Shown here: positions 9,048 through 17,408 of the stretch, in pieces
Numbering within the stretch: position 1 is the stretch's first letter
Layout: each line of letters opens with the position of its first letter
From: a virus
IMG/VR virus record: IMGVR_UViG_3300028025_003852
Coordinates: 8,815-72,814 of that record
Direction: 5' to 3' (one strand)
Length of the DNA: 64,000 nt
Made by a program: the position numbers and the translations under genes
The notes under the pieces: model-generated
Databases searched by the model: none
Told to the model about the DNA's origin: nothing
The model's input: the letters and a program-made list of their open reading frames with translations, nothing else

Positions 9048-9118
9048 GGATCCGGCCCCACCTTTTCACTGTCAGTCGTAGGTGTTACGATAGTATTACA
9101 AACGAAAGGAAATTAGCC

Positions 9119-9298
9119 GTGGCTTATGTGTCTGAGTATGGTAACTATGGTGGTGAGGGAGTAATTGTATTCCCAGACTATCAACTTACCCCTGAACAAT
9201 GGGATGAATTAGATATTCTTCCAGACAACGACAAGATGTCGTATGTTAAGCGTATTTTTGATGAAAACGAGTTTGGATATATGGAGTTTAACGACTGA
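9119..9298 (+). CDS. Small acidic early protein (GTG start), first of an overlapping mini-ORF run to 9836
   Basis: GAAAGGA RBS, promoter at 9070; coupled ORFs at 9298-9477 and 9474-9617. Confidence 0.55.
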   Translation: MAYVSEYGNYGGEGVIVFPDYQLTPEQWDELDILPDNDKMSYVKRIFDENEFGYMEFND

Positions 9299-9626
9299 TG
9301 AAACGTGAATCATACATTCCACCCAAGGGAATCTCAGAAAAAGAGTTCCTCACAATAGTTGCAAATGACCTAGTAGATATGCTAGTCTTAAAAGAGGTAG
9401 ACTTTACCTATGTTCCAAGTGTTCGTGACTTCATTGTCAAGTATTCCAAATCCCGACACCGAAAGGGTAGAAAATGAGAAGCAATCCATTCCCCGAAGAT
9501 GAACAGGCTACCGAAATCATGGAAGCCCTAGACGACTACTATGCAAATCCTCAAGAGTATTCATTCCGTGACCTTGAGGAAATCTTCCAAGACCGTGACC
9601 CATTCGAGTTTCTCTAAGGAGTAGTA

Positions 9627-9836
9627 ATGCCCAAGTATCGCATAAAGGCGACGGTAACGGTAGAGATGAACCTACCTGACGACTTCGACCCCAATAGGGA
9701 TAACGAAGGAGACATTCTCTATTCCCTTGATGGATACATTCGTGAAGATGGTGTAGACGGTTGGAGACTGTGGAAGGCCGCATTGGCTGACAATGGTATG
9801 TGGCACAATGACGCAGACTATAAAATCGTAGAATGA
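9627..9836 (+). CDS. Small early hypothetical protein
   Basis: AAGGAG RBS; 69 aa. Confidence 0.6.
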   Translation: MPKYRIKATVTVEMNLPDDFDPNRDNEGDILYSLDGYIREDGVDGWRLWKAALADNGMWHNDADYKIVE

Positions 9837-10210
9837 ACATACCCCTAATTGTTATAACAGGGTTTGTATGCTTTGTGGTTTTCTTTCCGCTAATTGCTTA
9901 TATCTTTTATGCCGTCGAGGTTTTGAGTTATAAGTTTGGTAACAAGGTTGACGATACAGCAAATTTGGAGGACTAGGGGGGCCGGGCCGCTTTCACTGTC
10001 AGAGGTGCGTGTCATAATGGTATTACAACGAAAGGAAAAATTATGCCGAATATGAAACTCATCCCCACTCGTGCAGGATATGTCTATGAGTGTGTTGAGT
10101 GTGACTTTCAACTCACACCTGAGCAAGCAGACGAACACGAATGTATGACCGTCTTTAGTTTTTAGTGTCAGACGCTACTGTTAGAATAAGAGAAACGAAA
10201 GGAAAACGCA

Positions 10211-10705
10211 ATGGGCTTGGATATGTATTTAGAGGTTCGCAAGTTTGTCGAAACCCACGATTGGGTAAACGAGAATGGCGAGTTTGTTCGTAAGGAAACT
10301 CCAGGAGCAGAGGCTATCAAGGTTGCAGGTCTTGAGAACCTTACTTCTAAAGAGGCTGTTGGCATTACTGTTCAGACTACCGCTGTCTACTGGCGTAAGG
10401 TCAACGCTATCCACAACTGGTTTGTAAATGTCTGTGCTAATGGTGTAGACGAGTGTCAGCAGATTCCTGTAAAGCGTGAGAACCTGCAAGCCTTGCGTGA
10501 CCAAGTAGAATTGGTTGTTCGCAAAAAGAATCCAGCAGTTGCTCAAGAGTTTTTGCCAACCTCATCAGGTTTCTTCTTTGGCTCAACTGAGTATGACGAG
10601 TGGTATTGGTCAGATATGCAATTCACTCTTGATGAACTCAACCGTGTGTTGTCTGAGACGGTAGACGACTATGGGATTGACTTCTTCTATCAGGCTTCTT
10701 GGTAA
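10211..10705 (+). CDS. Conserved phage protein (MGLDMYL / YWRK.N.IH.WF / GFFFGS family)
   Basis: Recognisable motifs, RBS, promoter at 10166. Confidence 0.75.
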   Translation: MGLDMYLEVRKFVETHDWVNENGEFVRKETPGAEAIKVAGLENLTSKEAVGITVQTTAVYWRKVNAIHNWFVNVCANGVDECQQIPVKRENLQALRDQVELVVRKKNPAVAQEFLPTSSGFFFGSTEYDEWYWSDMQFTLDELNRVLSETVDDYGIDFFYQASW

Positions 10706-10710
10706 CAAGA

Positions 10711-10735
10711 CGAGGGGTGCGACTCGATAACGCAT
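10711..10735 (+). ncRNA. H-type pseudoknot (variant)
   Basis: S1 CGAG/CTCG, 8-nt loop, S2 GTGCG/CGCAT. Confidence 0.4.
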
Positions 10736-10804
10736 AACCCTTCGGGGGCCGGGCCGCTTGATCTTGCAACTTTCACTGTCCGTGGCTACTGTTAGTATAA
10801 GTAT

Positions 10805-11527
10805 ATGACAAAGTTGATTCGCTCAAAAGACCGTAAAGTAACCAACGCTGTAACGCCTAACGGCAAGCAAGCCTCTATCGCTAACACTTTTGGTTTGCCT
10901 TCTGGCACTGCCTTCTCATGTCCAGGTGCTACTAGCGTATGCGAGACTATCTGCTATGCTGGCAAGTTGGAAAAGGTATTCAAGGGTGTGCGTATCAACC
11001 TAGAGCACAACTGGGCATTGGTCAAAGACGCTGACTATCTTACTATCTACGACCTTCTCTATGAAATGATTAGCGATTTTGTTTCTGATTGCGAACGTCG
11101 TGGTGCAGAAAAGTTATTCCGCATTCACTGGGACGGTGACTTCTTTAATGAAGAATACACCTATGCATGGCGTGATGTGATTTGTGAGTTTGAGGATGTG
11201 CAATTCTGGGCATACACTCGTAGTGCTTTCGCTGTGCCTATCCTAATTGACATTCCTAACCTTGGCTTCTATTTCTCAACTGATAGTGCCAACAAGGATT
11301 TGGCTATCTCTCTCAAAGAGACTCACGGTATCAAGTTGGCATACCTTGCTCAGACGTTTGCTATTGGTAAGGCTGACATTCTTGAGATTACTGGGCAGAC
11401 TGCTATTCCATGCCCCGAAAATAACAAAAAGATTCCTATGATTAGCGAGAAGGGTAGTGCCTGTGTGACCTGTGGGCAATGTATCTTCCAACGCAATGAT
11501 ATCCTGTTTTCTGCTACAAAGAAGTAG
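10805..11527 (+). CDS. Gp88-like protein, radical-SAM-like Cys motif
   Basis: SCPGAT..C...CYA, FRIHWDGDFF, FWAYTRS, C-terminal CP..C..C..C; leaderless start. Confidence 0.7.
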   Translation: MTKLIRSKDRKVTNAVTPNGKQASIANTFGLPSGTAFSCPGATSVCETICYAGKLEKVFKGVRINLEHNWALVKDADYLTIYDLLYEMISDFVSDCERRGAEKLFRIHWDGDFFNEEYTYAWRDVICEFEDVQFWAYTRSAFAVPILIDIPNLGFYFSTDSANKDLAISLKETHGIKLAYLAQTFAIGKADILEITGQTAIPCPENNKKIPMISEKGSACVTCGQCIFQRNDILFSATKK

Positions 11528-11702
11528 CGGAGGGCAGGGCCGGGTGATCCGGCCGCCCACCCCCAATGTAACAATTAGGTTACGATAGGCTGAAAATAGC
11601 CCCTAGGACTTGATATTGTGTGTGTTTTCTGTCATACTTGATATATCAGCAAGACCGCTGGTAATTAGGTTGGCTGGCTCGCCAACAGAAATGAGGAAGC
11701 AA

Positions 11703-11849
11703 ATGGGTAACATCAACATTGGAGACACCTTCACCACGCAGAAGTCTGGCGTATCGGGAACGGTTCAGGAAATCATCAAGAACGCAAACGGTTCTACTCG
11801 TATTCGCCTGTCGGTGAACGGTGCAGACCGTTGGACTACGGTCAAGTAA
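11703..11849 (+). CDS. Small SH3-like early protein
   Basis: GAGG RBS; IGDTFTTQKSGVSGTVQEI. Confidence 0.6.
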   Translation: MGNINIGDTFTTQKSGVSGTVQEIIKNANGSTRIRLSVNGADRWTTVK

Positions 11850-11865
11850 GGTCAGACCCTAGTCT

Positions 11866-11894
11866 GTCTGCTGGGCATCAGATAAAACTGCCCA
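11866..11894 (+). ncRNA. H-type pseudoknot
   Basis: S1 GTCTG/CAGAT, loop CTGGGCAT, S2 TGGGCA/TGCCCA. Confidence 0.55.
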
Positions 11895-11928
11895 CTCAAA
11901 TCCAAAAGCCAAATGAAAGGAAAACATA

Positions 11929-12378
11929 ATGGCTCGTTCACTTGCTGTGAAGATTCCCACCGCTACACTTATTGCTGACATTGAGGCAAGCATCGCTGAC
12001 ATTGAGGCTAAGGTTGCTACATACCCTGCCGACATGGAAGCATACCGTAAGGCACAGAAGGCACACCAACAGACTGTTCTCAAGACTGTTATTGAGGCTC
12101 TCAAGAACCCCGACAACATTGGCGAAGAGTATGGCTCAATCGTTCGTGTTCAGCAAAACCGTTATGGTAATGGTAATGTAGAGATTTCGGTAAACACGGA
12201 ACTGCTCTCTGTCCCACAGCCTCCCGAGTGTCCCTCTAACCCAAATGCCAAAGAGTCGTTTGGTCGTGACTACACTAGCCGTCTTGAGTTGCTGAAGAAG
12301 AACCTGAAGGTTCTCAAGATGACAAACCAAGAGGAAGTCAACGCCTCCACCTACAACACGGTGATTGACCTCCTCTAG
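11929..12378 (+). CDS. Early hypothetical protein
   Basis: 149 aa, GAAAGGA RBS. Confidence 0.7.
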   Translation: MARSLAVKIPTATLIADIEASIADIEAKVATYPADMEAYRKAQKAHQQTVLKTVIEALKNPDNIGEEYGSIVRVQQNRYGNGNVEISVNTELLSVPQPPECPSNPNAKESFGRDYTSRLELLKKNLKVLKMTNQEEVNASTYNTVIDLL

Positions 12379-12412
12379 ACTCCATACGCCCCGAAAGGGA
12401 TATGTGGAAAAT

Positions 12413-12440
12413 GACCTGAGCAGGTCTATGTAAACTGCTC
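12413..12440 (+). ncRNA. H-type pseudoknot
   Basis: S1 GAC/GTC, loop CTGAGCAG, S2 GAGCA/TGCTC. Confidence 0.55.
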
Positions 12441-12599
12441 GCCCTCTCCCCTGTGAAGCGTCTGGATAGATTGCTGGTAAACAGGGGAGGGGAGCCGGGT
12501 AGATCAGATCCGGCCCCGAATATAACAAATTAGTTACGATGTTATAAAAAAATAGGCCTAAAACTTGATATTGTCAGAGGTATCTGCCATACTGGGAAT

Positions 12600-12815
12600 A
12601 TGGAAAAAGTAAAGGGAACGTATTTTGTTGTGACTGGTGAGTCTTACTATGTGAAGGCTGACTCTGAGGAAGAGGCTGAGGCTGTCTTCAATGTAGGTAT
12701 GGGATATATGGATGAGCATAACTATCCTGACTTTGATACCGCCGATGCTTTCAGCCGTATCGAGTATACCGATACCTACACTACCTATGAGCCTATCACT
12801 GATTTCAGTGTCTGA
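12600..12815 (+). CDS. Small acidic early protein, leaderless
   Basis: CATACT-N6-ATG; V.A.SEEEA motif. Confidence 0.6.
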   Translation: MEKVKGTYFVVTGESYYVKADSEEEAEAVFNVGMGYMDEHNYPDFDTADAFSRIEYTDTYTTYEPITDFSV

Positions 12816-12854
12816 GGCTACTGTTACACTAAAGATACAACGAAAGGGAAAAGA

Positions 12855-13112
12855 ATGATTGACAAAGCATTTGGTTTGCAGGAAGCGGCTCGTAAGTCTG
12901 CTTTCGCTCCGTCTGTAAAGTTGTCTGCTCTGATTATCCGTGATGGATACCAGAACATGACACAGCAAGAAATGGAAAAGGCTCTCATAGAACTTGTGTC
13001 TGAGGCTGTTGTCGTTTCTTCCTACCACACTACGATGGTTCTTCTTGATGAGGAAGACCAGAACACACTCGCAACAACGATTGACGAACTACAAGAAATG
13101 GGGAACAACTAA
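12855..13112 (+). CDS. Early hypothetical protein
   Basis: GAAAGGG RBS, promoter at 12809. Confidence 0.6.
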   Translation: MIDKAFGLQEAARKSAFAPSVKLSALIIRDGYQNMTQQEMEKALIELVSEAVVVSSYHTTMVLLDEEDQNTLATTIDELQEMGNN

Positions 13113-13600
13113 TGTTGGACTATGAGAACATTGAAGTAAAAGATTTGCCACCGTCGCCTATCGAGCAGGGTACCCTTATCGGTATCGCTGTCGATACTAA
13201 GATTGAGGAACTTCAGAAAGAACTTGAGGGTGTCAAGGCAGAACTGGATGCCTCTCGTGCAAACGCTGATGACTGGCGTAACCGTCAGACATCTATGTAT
13301 AACCAACTTGGTGAAATGCAGGACAGACTCAAGGGTATCCTGACTGAACTGGTCAACTCTGGTTCCATTGAAAAGGAATACGCAAAGACCATTGCAGACC
13401 ACTGTGGCATTGAGGTTACTCGTTACATTGGTGTGTCTGGAAATATCACATTCTCTGCAAATGTCGAGGTATCGGTATTCGATGAAGATGACTTGGATAC
13501 ACACAACTTCAGTGCAACATACCTGTGCCTTGAGTATCAGGGTGAAGATGTCATTGACTTGAACTATGACATTGAGAACGTTGAAGAGGACTACAGTTAG
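13112..13600 (+). CDS. Acidic coiled-coil early protein
   Basis: 162 aa, coupled to upstream gene. Confidence 0.65.
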   Translation: MLDYENIEVKDLPPSPIEQGTLIGIAVDTKIEELQKELEGVKAELDASRANADDWRNRQTSMYNQLGEMQDRLKGILTELVNSGSIEKEYAKTIADHCGIEVTRYIGVSGNITFSANVEVSVFDEDDLDTHNFSATYLCLEYQGEDVIDLNYDIENVEEDYS

Positions 13601-13657
13601 TAGGCCTAATAGCTAGGGTAGGGACTTGTTAATTCCTTTCTTAGCCTCTACCCTCAC

Positions 13658-13685
13658 GGACCTGAGCATGTCCTTAAAAGGCTCA
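13658..13685 (+). ncRNA. H-type pseudoknot
   Basis: S1 GGAC/GTCC, loop CTGAGCAT, S2 TGAGC/GCTCA. Confidence 0.55.
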
Positions 13686-13832
13686 TTCTCATACCCAGGG
13701 GGGCCGGGCCGATCCGGCCGCCATTGTAACAATTGGGTTACGAACACCTAAAAATACCACCTAGGACTTGTAATTATCTTGTATCTGTGTCATACTGATA
13801 TAAGTAAACAAACCTCTAACGAAAGGCAACAT

Positions 13833-14852
13833 ATGCACGAATTGGAACAGGGCAAGAACGGCGAGGTTGCTTTTGCATCTTTCCGTGAGCCTGCTTGGCA
13901 TGGTCTTGGGACTGTGTTCGAGGAAGAAGTAAAGACGGCAGATATGCTGAAGTTGGCACACCTTGATAATTGGAATGTTCGTCTTGAGGAGATTCCTATT
14001 CCCGAGGGATTTGTCTCTGACAAGACTAACTATTTTGTTGCTCGCACTAACCCCTTCAACTCTGAGCAGAACGACATTCTTGGAATCGTTGGGCAACGCT
14101 ACAATACGCTTCAGAACGAATCACTGTTTGAGTTTGGTGACAACCTGCTAGACGGTGGTGGTCGTTGGGAGACGGCTGGCTCTATCAAGGGTGGTCGTGT
14201 TGTGTTCGGTGCTTTGGCACTTGAGCGTGAAACGGTGCTTGACCCTAATGGTGTGGCTGACAAGGTAAACACTTACCTTCTTGTCAACACATCGCACGAT
14301 GGGTCGGTGTCCATTATGGCGAGCATCACGCCTGTGCGTGTCGTGTGTGCGAACACTCTGAACATGGCTATCGGTTCAGGCACAGGTCACTGGCGTAGTG
14401 CTAAGCAGTCGTTCAAGATTCGTCACACTCAGACAGCCGAGGGTCGTGTTCAGGCTGCTCGTGAGGCTTTGGGTCTTGCCAATGACTACATGGATGAGTT
14501 TGACAAGATGGCTCAGGCTATGATTGAGACAGAAATCACGAATGACCAATTCCAGGAGATTCTTCGTGCAGTCTACCCCATGCCCGAAAAGGATGCTAAG
14601 GGTGCTATGTCAAAGTGGCAGACAAAGTTGGAACTCATCGAGGACATCTACGGTGGACAGTTCAACGACACGATTGCTGGAACGGCTTGGGGTGCATTGA
14701 ACGGCATCACCGAACGTCTTGACTGGTATCGTGCAGGACGCAAGGGCAACAGCGAAAGCGTGTTGGCTTCTGCTTCTGGCTTCGACCCTGCTATCAACGC
14801 TGAGAAGAATCGTATTCTCAAGATTGTTCAGGAACTCACAATGGCTTCCTAG
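13833..14852 (+). CDS. DUF932 family phage/plasmid protein (TIGR03299-like)
   Basis: PAWHGLG, ETAGSIKGG, NTSHDGS, TPVRVVCANTL, GTAWGALN motifs; GAAAGG RBS before MHELE. Confidence 0.85.
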   Translation: MHELEQGKNGEVAFASFREPAWHGLGTVFEEEVKTADMLKLAHLDNWNVRLEEIPIPEGFVSDKTNYFVARTNPFNSEQNDILGIVGQRYNTLQNESLFEFGDNLLDGGGRWETAGSIKGGRVVFGALALERETVLDPNGVADKVNTYLLVNTSHDGSVSIMASITPVRVVCANTLNMAIGSGTGHWRSAKQSFKIRHTQTAEGRVQAAREALGLANDYMDEFDKMAQAMIETEITNDQFQEILRAVYPMPEKDAKGAMSKWQTKLELIEDIYGGQFNDTIAGTAWGALNGITERLDWYRAGRKGNSESVLASASGFDPAINAEKNRILKIVQELTMAS

Positions 14853-15421
14853 TCGGTGACTCCCTGCCCTCCCTTGTGGAGGGTGGGGGGCCGGGTGATC
14901 AGATCCGGACTCTACTTAGTATATACATTCATTATATTTGTATTACGATGAAGTAAAAAATACGCCAGATTACGAATAGGTAACAATCACCCTGAAAAGT
15001 TGCATGTCAACCATGTTTTCTGTCATACTGAATATATGAATGAATTTGAGATAGCGATGCAAGTTGTATTGTCAGAGGCTCTTGATAAACTAGAGTCTAT
15101 ACCAGATGAAGAAATCGAAAGGTTGTATATATCCTAATGGGAATTTACTATGTTAAGACTGTTGTAGAGTTTGGTGGAGAAGTTATGGCTGATACCGCCG
15201 AGGAAGCAGAGAAACTTGGATGGCACTGGGATACTGAATTGCAGTATGACGGAGTCTACTCAATCGATGTAGAAGTTGTTGACGAGGATAACGATGAGGA
15301 GGACACCGAATGATGAAGGTATCGGAAGTGGAGCGTCTTATCGGTAATGCGTTCCCCAACATGCATGTGTTTGTAGATAAGAACAACGAGATTATTGTTT
15401 GCACAGGAGAGGAAGCAATCG

Positions 15422-15583
15422 ATGAGTAAGTATTCAATTAAGGTAGAACAAATTGGACATACCGTTGTAGAGGTTGAGGCTGAAGATGAGTTTCAGGCTG
15501 AAGACATTGCAATGGAGATGTGGGGCAATGGTGAACTTGACCATCTCTTTATCTTTGATGTAGAACTAATTGTGGATAACTAA
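15422..15583 (+). CDS. Small acidic protein (VEVEAEDE..A motif)
   Basis: GAGG RBS before MSKYS. Confidence 0.5.
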   Translation: MSKYSIKVEQIGHTVVEVEAEDEFQAEDIAMEMWGNGELDHLFIFDVELIVDN

Positions 15584-15816
15584 TGCGTATGCCAAAGGTA
15601 GCCGACCAAACTTGGAGGCGAATCTACCATTCCAGGGTAGCAGAGGTATACGAATCAGATAACGAGAACGACTACTACAAGGTAGTACTAGAAGGTATGC
15701 GACCAAAGTATTTCTATGGTGAGTTAGGCTTTCAGAATTACCAACGCTATGTGTATGACTTTGAGATGGCTACCCTGTATTCACAGGACAACGCCATGAT
15801 GAAGAAGTATCGGTAG
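15583..15816 (+). CDS. Hypothetical protein
   Basis: 77 aa coupled ORF. Confidence 0.55.
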   Translation: MRMPKVADQTWRRIYHSRVAEVYESDNENDYYKVVLEGMRPKYFYGELGFQNYQRYVYDFEMATLYSQDNAMMKKYR

Positions 15817-15833
15817 GCGTGGTAAAATAGAAT

Positions 15834-16067
15834 ATGACACCAACTATTTATACTAAGCCTAACTGTGTACAGTGTGATGCAACCAAACGTTACTTTGATA
15901 ACAAAGGTGTGGCCTACACTACCGTCGATATTACACAGGATGCGGACGCACTCGATCTACTTATTGCCGAGGGATTCAAGTCAGCTCCTGTTGTTAATAT
16001 AGATACACACTGGTGGAGTGGATTCCAACCAGACTTAATAGATAAACACATCGCTAACTATTCTTAG
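15834..16067 (+). CDS. nrdH: NrdH glutaredoxin-like protein
   Basis: TIYTKPNCVQCDATKR...SAPVV...WSGFQPD. Confidence 0.92.
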   Translation: MTPTIYTKPNCVQCDATKRYFDNKGVAYTTVDITQDADALDLLIAEGFKSAPVVNIDTHWWSGFQPDLIDKHIANYS

Positions 16068-16095
16068 TGTCCGACGCTAATGGTAAGGTGGTAAC

Positions 16096-16482
16096 ATGAC
16101 AGCAACTATAGACCTTTCCTATGAGGAATGGATTGACAAGTACAAGCCAGAGTTAGATGCCGACGGTAGCCCACGAATGTATGAGACCTATGGCAAAGAC
16201 TACGAGTATGTTCAGAGTGTAGACACTGAGTATCTTTGGACATGGACCGATGGTGGTGACTACAGTGTTATCACTAATGGATTTAGTTTTGTTAATCGCT
16301 TAGGCTACTACGTTTGTACCGTGCCATGTAGCACAGACATTTCTGTTGAGGTAGATGTGTATGTGCCAACAGAGTGTGAAGAAACCAAGATTCATTATTG
16401 GACAGAGCATGAGCGTTATGACGGAACCATGACAACCATTTGCTCAGAATGCGAGGTAGACAAAAATGACATTGACAGCTGA
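16096..16482 (+). CDS. Conserved phage hypothetical protein
   Basis: YETYG..., G..FVNRLGYYV motifs; leaderless from promoter 16068. Confidence 0.65.
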   Translation: MTATIDLSYEEWIDKYKPELDADGSPRMYETYGKDYEYVQSVDTEYLWTWTDGGDYSVITNGFSFVNRLGYYVCTVPCSTDISVEVDVYVPTECEETKIHYWTEHERYDGTMTTICSECEVDKNDIDS

Positions 16483-16855
16483 GGAGGAAGCCTTGCTTGC
16501 TAATCTAAACTATGACCTTAACATTTGGGACGAGGGTATGCACATGACCTGTCACCTACCAAAAGAAGAGCAGTACTCACAATGGAAGATTTCAGTACAC
16601 AACGTACATGAACTACCAGATGGTTACATTCAGTGTGGTGATTGGATTGAGGATATCAATATCTATCTTACCGAAGATGAGGTGAAGGCCCTCACACTTG
16701 GATGGGCACCTGAGCTTGGTGGAGACTACACTGGTGACAGTGATTTCTTCCTTGACATCGATGGATTCTTTACTATCTATAAAGACATTCCCGAGAGGGT
16801 AAAGCAAGAACTACTATCACTACCGCCGATTGACATTCAGAAGGTTGAATGGTAG
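16466..16855 (+). CDS. Acidic hypothetical protein
   Basis: GAGG RBS; 129 aa. Confidence 0.6.
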   Translation: MTLTAEEEALLANLNYDLNIWDEGMHMTCHLPKEEQYSQWKISVHNVHELPDGYIQCGDWIEDINIYLTEDEVKALTLGWAPELGGDYTGDSDFFLDIDGFFTIYKDIPERVKQELLSLPPIDIQKVEW

Positions 16856-16867
16856 AATGGAGAGACA

Positions 16868-17092
16868 ATGCGAATTACACAAAATGAACGAGCAGCCCAA
16901 AAGATTCTAGATGCTGTAAACGATTACACCTTAGACACATACATGATTGGATTTCACATCTTCCAGTTTGCACCATTGGATTTGTATATGAAATTGGATG
17001 AAATCATGGAAGGTGTTGACATGGCAATCAAAGCAGAGAATGAGAGAGTAGAGAAGAAGAATGAGCAACGAAAGCAAAACGCCCCTTTCTAA
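16868..17092 (+). CDS. Hypothetical protein
   Basis: 74 aa in operon. Confidence 0.55.
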   Translation: MRITQNERAAQKILDAVNDYTLDTYMIGFHIFQFAPLDLYMKLDEIMEGVDMAIKAENERVEKKNEQRKQNAPF

Positions 17093-17408
17093 CAAGTGTG
17101 ACATCTTGGCTGAGTTGTGGATTCAGTATAAGGGCGATGAGAACTTTGCAGACTTCATGCAATACAATGACTTGGGCTTGCCCCTTGCTTATGCAATATC
17201 AAATGACATTATCAAAGCAAGCGAACGAGCAACATTGTTTGTAGAAGAAACCTTTGCAACTCTCATGTATGCTCTTGCTGATGATTCAGAAGATAACATC
17301 ACTTGGACTGATGATGAAGGCAACGATGAACCAGAAGCATGGATGGCTCAAGAGTTTGAGACTCTAGAAGATGTATTCTTGTTCTTTGGAACTGACAGGG
17401 CAAAGTAG
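17061..17408 (+). CDS. Acidic hypothetical protein (F..YNDLGLPLAY motif)
   Basis: 115 aa, last substantial gene of the plus-strand island. Confidence 0.65.
   Translation: MSNESKTPLSNKCDILAELWIQYKGDENFADFMQYNDLGLPLAYAISNDIIKASERATLFVEETFATLMYALADDSEDNITWTDDEGNDEPEAWMAQEFETLEDVFLFFGTDRAK

Larger units (their letters stand above)
5958..16089 (+). promoter_or_regulatory. Sixteen PafBC/RecA-NDp-type promoters TGTCnG-N7-TGn-TAnnnT
   Basis: TGTC starts at 5958, 6437, 6757, 7065, 7294, 7761, 8068, 8282, 8710, 9070, 9997, 10166, 10777, 12572, 12809, 16068; invariant 10-nt spacer; each lies upstream of an ORF. Confidence 0.8.

Noticed and set aside
8796-9116. 106-aa ORF spanning the tRNAs, and other antisense or shadow ORFs in the track
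   Set aside because: Overlaps tRNAs or well-supported genes and lacks RBS or promoter support
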